This document shows, piece by piece, positions 59,738-64,000 of a DNA stretch of 64,000 nucleotides. Source of the stretch: Promethearchaeota archaeon (GTDB lineage: Archaea; Asgardarchaeota; Lokiarchaeia; Sigyniarchaeales; SOKP01); assembly GCA_016839585.1 (NCBI GenBank), contig JAEOTZ010000016.1, positions 1 to 64,000 of the forward strand. Reading direction: 5' to 3'. Each line of letters begins with the position of its first letter. Positions within the stretch are counted from its first letter, which is position 1. The translations under genes and the position numbers were made by a program. The notes under the pieces are model-generated. The model searched no databases. It saw only the letters and a program-made list of their open reading frames with translations, and had not been told where the DNA came from.

Positions 59738-60526
59738 TCATATATCAAAGAACCAATTATCTTCGTCTTCTTTTAAAAAATCCATTAGATTAGATAAATC
59801 TCTTAATAAATGTCTAACAGAAACTCTATGTTGATCCCTACTAATAAGATCCATGCCTGAGAAAAACATATCATCTAACAAGCTATCAATATTAATTCTC
59901 TTGAAATATTTTATTGGATTATAAAATAATGTATAAAAAATTTCTTTTCTTTCTAATTTGGAAGAATTAGAGCGTCCCTTCCTAAGTTGGTCTTCATATT
60001 GTTGTCCTATTAGATTTTTAAGCTCTACTATGAGGCATTCTTTGTTTTGCAGTAAACCACTTCTTTCCTCTTCTAATTCTATAATGTTCTGTTCAATTTC
60101 TTTAATTTTTTCTCCTAAAAATCTTAATTTGTTGTTAGGACTTTTAATTTTCTTGTAATCAACATTATATCCAATATCTTTTAGCTGAAGAATTTCACTG
60201 TTTTCATCTATTGTAGCAACATCATATTCTATATTATAATAATCAGGAGTTAAATCAATTCTTAAAGAGAGATTACTCATTATCCGATATTTCCCACCCC
60301 TTGGTTTGGGATCTATATTTTCAATTATACCATTATCAGATAAAATTTTCAATTGAGAATGAACTGCTTGACGAGAAATACCTAATGATCTTGCTAATTC
60401 CGAGGCACCATGTGGCACCTTAGCTAGTTTTGCTAAAATAATTCTTCTTGTAGGATTACCTAATATTTCTAGTAAGGTATCTAAGTTAATAATTTTATTT
60501 TTATTTTCTTGATTTTCAATTATCAT
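59738..60526 (-). CDS. ArsR-family regulator, Phr/HSR1-like heat-shock regulator
   Basis: LGNPTRRIIL..ELARSLGISRQAVHSQLKIL wHTH plus coiled coil; downstream of hsp20-cdc48. Confidence 0.8.
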   Translation of the reverse strand: MIIENQENKNKIINLDTLLEILGNPTRRIILAKLAKVPHGASELARSLGISRQAVHSQLKILSDNGIIENIDPKPRGGKYRIMSNLSLRIDLTPDYYNIEYDVATIDENSEILQLKDIGYNVDYKKIKSPNNKLRFLGEKIKEIEQNIIELEEERSGLLQNKECLIVELKNLIGQQYEDQLRKGRSNSSKLERKEIFYTLFYNPIKYFKRINIDSLLDDMFFSGMDLISRDQHRVSVRHLLRDLSNLMDFLKEDEDNWFFDI

Positions 60527-60575
60527 ATTTAATCTCTCTTTCTTTGTAAATACTTAATATAATTTTATATTTTTA

Positions 60576-62801
60576 TTATCTATATAATTCTTCTGAAGGT
60601 TCTTGTGAATATCTTTCATGAGATTTTTTTGCTTTATCAGCAGATTTTAAGATTTTTTCAAATGCTTCATCGAATTCAGATTTAGAAATTTTCACTACTT
60701 TTACAGATTCTGCATCTTGAGTATTGATATTTTTATTAGCAACTGCCTTTCGAATAGTTAGTAGAGTAGCTTCTTCACAAATTGCTTGAATATCCGCTCC
60801 TGTATATCCTTCCATATCTCCCGCCATTTTATCAATACCAACATTACCTGCTAATGGCTTGTTTCTAAGATGGATTTTAAAAATATCAATTCGCGATTTT
60901 TTATCTGGCATAGGTATCTCAATATGTCTTCCAAACCTACCCGACCTTAATAAAGCTGGATCAAGCATGTCGGGCCTATTTGTAGCAGCAAGTAAAACAA
61001 CATCTTTTAACCCTTCTAATCCATCCATCTCTGTTAATAACTGTGAAACAACTTGCTCTGTGACTTGATAACCTGCAAATCTACCTCTCAAACCTGCTAT
61101 AGCATCTATCTCATCAAAGAAAATTATACAAGGTGCTGCTGATCTTGCTTTTCGAAATGTTTCTCTTACGGCTTTTTCACTTTCACCAACCCATTTCGAT
61201 AGAAATTCTGGACCTTTTACTGATATAAAATTTATCTCAGTTTCGTGAGCTAATGCTTTAGCTAATAAAGTTTTTCCTGTTCCAGGAGGTCCAAAAAGTA
61301 AAATCCCATTTGGAGGTTTTGATTTTAAATGGGAATATAATTCAGGATATTTTAATGGCCACTCTATTACTTCTCTTAATTGGAGCTTAGCATCTTCTAG
61401 CCCCCCAATATCGTCCCAAGTTTCAGTTGGTTGAGTAATTAATACTTCTCTTAAAGCAGATGGTTCGATGCCTGTTAATGCTGTTTCGAAATGATTCATT
61501 TTAATTTGAAGATCCATTAACATTTCAGGAGGAATTGGCTTATCTAGATTTATTTTAGGTAAAATTTCTCTTATAGCTAACATTGCAGATTCTTTTGCTA
61601 ATGATTCTACATCAGCACCAACAAACCCATGAGTTTTCTCAGCGATTAGCCGAAGATCAACATCTTTATATAAGGGCATTCCTCGTGTATGGATTAATAA
61701 AATTTCATAACGTCCATCAGTATCAGGAACTCCAATCACGATTTCACGGTCAAATCTTCCAGGTCTTCTCAATGCAGGGTCAATATCATTTACTCTATTT
61801 GTTGCGCCAATAACGATAATTTCACCACGCCCTTCTAAACCATCTAATAGTGATAATAATTGAGCAACAACCCTTCTTTCAACTTCACCGGTTACTTCAC
61901 CTCTCTTAGGGGCTATTGAATCTAATTCATCAATAAAAATGATTGAAGGTGAATTTTCTTTAGCCTCTTCAAAAACTTTACGAAGATTTTCTTCACTTTG
62001 ACCGTAAAATTTGCTCATTATTTCTGGTCCACTTATTGTAATAAAATGAGCATCGGTCTCTCCGGCAACAGCTCTTGCTAGTAATGTTTTTCCTGTACCG
62101 GGAGGACCATGAAGTAATACACCTTTAGGTGGATCAATACCAATTCTTTTAAATAATTCAGGATGCCTTATAGGTAATTCAATCATCTCACGGATTTTCT
62201 GAATTTCTTCTTCTAAGCCTCCAATATCTTCGTATGTTACTTTTCTTCTTTCTAATTCTTCAAATTCTTTATGGGTTTTTTCTGAAATAGTAATTTTAGT
62301 GTCTAAATAGATCCTAACAGCCTCAGCTTTAGGATAGTAATCAATAACAACAAAATCAATTCTACGACCCATAGCATTAAAACTTATAATATCTCCCTTA
62401 GTAACTACTCGGTTTTCTAATATTTGTGTTATTTGTTGAGGGGTTCTCAATATAATGGACTCTTCTAAACCTGCAAATGTTATTCTTTCTGCGAGACTAG
62501 CTTCTATTTTACGTATTTCTACTATGTCATCTAAAGAGGCATTTAAATTTCTTCGTAGTGAAGAATCAATTCTGATTGAATTAGTACCTCTATCTTCCTC
62601 TTTTCCAGGATATAACAATGCTGCTGTTTTCTTTTCTGCTGCGGGATGTAAAATCTCAACTACATCACCAGTTCTAAGGTTTAATTCCTTAATTAAGTCA
62701 GGATCGATTCTTATTCTACCTCTTCCCGCATCTATCTTATAAGCGTCTTTTATTTTAACTTTTCTCCCATTACCTTTAAATTCTCTTGTTATTCCACTCA
62801 T
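60576..62801 (-). CDS. cdc48: CDC48/VCP (VAT) AAA+ ATPase
   Basis: N-domain, two AAA modules GPPGTGKT, C-terminal ELYR. Confidence 0.96.
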   Translation of the reverse strand: MSGITREFKGNGRKVKIKDAYKIDAGRGRIRIDPDLIKELNLRTGDVVEILHPAAEKKTAALLYPGKEEDRGTNSIRIDSSLRRNLNASLDDIVEIRKIEASLAERITFAGLEESIILRTPQQITQILENRVVTKGDIISFNAMGRRIDFVVIDYYPKAEAVRIYLDTKITISEKTHKEFEELERRKVTYEDIGGLEEEIQKIREMIELPIRHPELFKRIGIDPPKGVLLHGPPGTGKTLLARAVAGETDAHFITISGPEIMSKFYGQSEENLRKVFEEAKENSPSIIFIDELDSIAPKRGEVTGEVERRVVAQLLSLLDGLEGRGEIIVIGATNRVNDIDPALRRPGRFDREIVIGVPDTDGRYEILLIHTRGMPLYKDVDLRLIAEKTHGFVGADVESLAKESAMLAIREILPKINLDKPIPPEMLMDLQIKMNHFETALTGIEPSALREVLITQPTETWDDIGGLEDAKLQLREVIEWPLKYPELYSHLKSKPPNGILLFGPPGTGKTLLAKALAHETEINFISVKGPEFLSKWVGESEKAVRETFRKARSAAPCIIFFDEIDAIAGLRGRFAGYQVTEQVVSQLLTEMDGLEGLKDVVLLAATNRPDMLDPALLRSGRFGRHIEIPMPDKKSRIDIFKIHLRNKPLAGNVGIDKMAGDMEGYTGADIQAICEEATLLTIRKAVANKNINTQDAESVKVVKISKSEFDEAFEKILKSADKAKKSHERYSQEPSEELYR

Positions 62802-62880
62802 CTTTTTATCATCATCATACGTTCATAATAAATTCTATTTCTCAAATGTTTATTAAAATGATTATTTAATAATTATTATT

Positions 62881-63501
62881 CTATTTACTTAATTTCTTCA
62901 CTTTTATGTAAGCAATTCCATTATTCACATCTAACTCATAATTTTCATTTAATAACTTAGAAGGTAAATTAATCTTTTTAAAATATTTCCGATTTTTATT
63001 TTGAGCGGTAAGCAATAATATTTTGCCATCAGCACTAAAATCTATCTTAACATCTCCTCTTTCAATACCTGGAACTTCAATTAGAATCTCAAAATATTCT
63101 TTATCTTCATTAATTTCCGTATATGGTTCTAAAACATATAGTTCTTTATCTTGCTTTAATGTCTCTAATGTAAGTTCACTCGCATCAATCTCTTTTTTAG
63201 AGTGTGAACCAAATAGTTTCTTTAACTGGGGATATTTATTCATATCCACATTTTTTAAGAAGTCCTTAATTTTTTTATCATCAATATTACCTTCAATTTT
63301 TATTTCAGGTTTATCCATACCTGTTTCAAAATGATAGGATATCTTAAATCCTTCCAATTTTTTATCATAAGGCTTTATTCCTAAATCAATATTTTTTTCT
63401 GGTATAAATAAAACATCTATATCAAAAATATCTGAATCTAATTTAAAGAACTTTTTAATCTCATCAATTATATCATCAAAATCATCCCGCACAGTTTTCA
63501 C
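62881..63501 (-). CDS. hsp20: small heat-shock protein Hsp20
   Basis: EPYTEI...EVPG...NNGI alpha-crystallin motif; start may be GTG 63492. Confidence 0.88.
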   Translation of the reverse strand: MKTVRDDFDDIIDEIKKFFKLDSDIFDIDVLFIPEKNIDLGIKPYDKKLEGFKISYHFETGMDKPEIKIEGNIDDKKIKDFLKNVDMNKYPQLKKLFGSHSKKEIDASELTLETLKQDKELYVLEPYTEINEDKEYFEILIEVPGIERGDVKIDFSADGKILLLTAQNKNRKYFKKINLPSKLLNENYELDVNNGIAYIKVKKLSK

Positions 63502-63528
63502 CTTTGATTTTTATGATTTTAATTTTTT

Positions 63529-63547
63529 TGTCATTCCTCAATTGACA
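63529..63547. promoter_or_regulatory. TGTCA-N9-TGACA palindrome, candidate heat-shock operator
   Basis: overlaps the expected start site downstream of a minus-strand TTTTTATAT box (63561-63569). Confidence 0.45.
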
Positions 63548-63887
63548 TATGAACCTTTACATATAAAAATCTATTGGTTTTAGAAAAAAAGTGTTTTACT
63601 AGTCTTTTTTAAAAATATAATAGATTTAAAATCTAATTCTTAATTGAAAAAGATAAAATTAATATTAAAGTAATTGAAATGGAAGCAGATGATTTAAATA
63701 GAGAAGAGTTAGAACTGTTCTACGAGGTTTGTTTAAAAAGATTAAATAATCAAATAAATTTGAAAAAAATAGAATGTAAAAAAAAACATAAAAATTAATA
63801 ATTAAATTTCTTTTGGATTTAAAATATAATTGAAATTTTTACAAAAATGTTTTTATATATAAAATTGATCTTTAATTACGAAAAGTA

Positions 63888-64000
63888 ATGGATCGTAAAA
63901 GATTAATTTTTGCTATTTTCCTCACTAGTTCATTAATCTTTGCATTATCTTCTTTTGGAGTTGGAGAATCCCACCCAGATTCATCATATAATTATAATAA
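63888..64000 (+). CDS. 5' part of a secreted protein (runs off window)
   Basis: MDRKRLIFAIFLTSSLIFALSSFGVG signal peptide, frame open to window end. Confidence 0.6.
   Translation, partial: MDRKRLIFAIFLTSSLIFALSSFGVGESHPDSSYNYN

Noticed and set aside
573-63334. Many short antisense or overlapping ORFs in the track (e.g. 573..782, 3780..4112, 5150..5491, 24243..24587, 48242..48556, 62455..62742, 63023..63334)
   Set aside because: Shadow frames of well-supported genes.
63679-63798. 39-codon ORF MEADDLNREELELFYEVC...
   Set aside because: Too short and without motifs; could be real but is unsupported.
1-64000. CRISPR array, IS element or prophage
   Set aside because: No regularly spaced repeats, transposase, integrase or virion genes were seen.

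Overview
AT-rich archaeal chromosomal segment, almost certainly Asgard archaea (Lokiarchaeia/Promethearchaeota). The assignment rests on four Rab/Ras-like small GTPases, a longin-roadblock protein, an IPGY (Loki-CTERM) sorted protein, aIF-1A, Spt5, CdhD, CDC48, AOR, four acyl-CoA dehydrogenase paralogs, multi-PAS kinases and the dapA/dapB/dapF/lysA genes. The standout is at ~170-371: a 5S rRNA gene that is circularly permuted (3' half first, native ends joined by a UUCG loop) and also interrupted by a 30-nt intron. Two bulge-helix-bulge-like motifs, cut at the standard endonuclease positions, rebuild the conserved 5S sequence exactly through a 7-nt micro-exon, giving a 121-nt circle or a 117-nt linear 5S. 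Other notable items: a circularly permuted (G3-G4-G5-G1-G2), tail-anchored Rab-like GTPase; tRNA-Pro(UGG) with a non-canonical 43/44 intron; several genes that appear to start at ATT/ATA behind Shine-Dalgarno motifs; a candidate C/D-box sRNA; candidate TrmB and heat-shock operators; and several gene relics. No CRISPR array or intact transposon was seen. All calls come from reading the sequence by eye; no searches were run.
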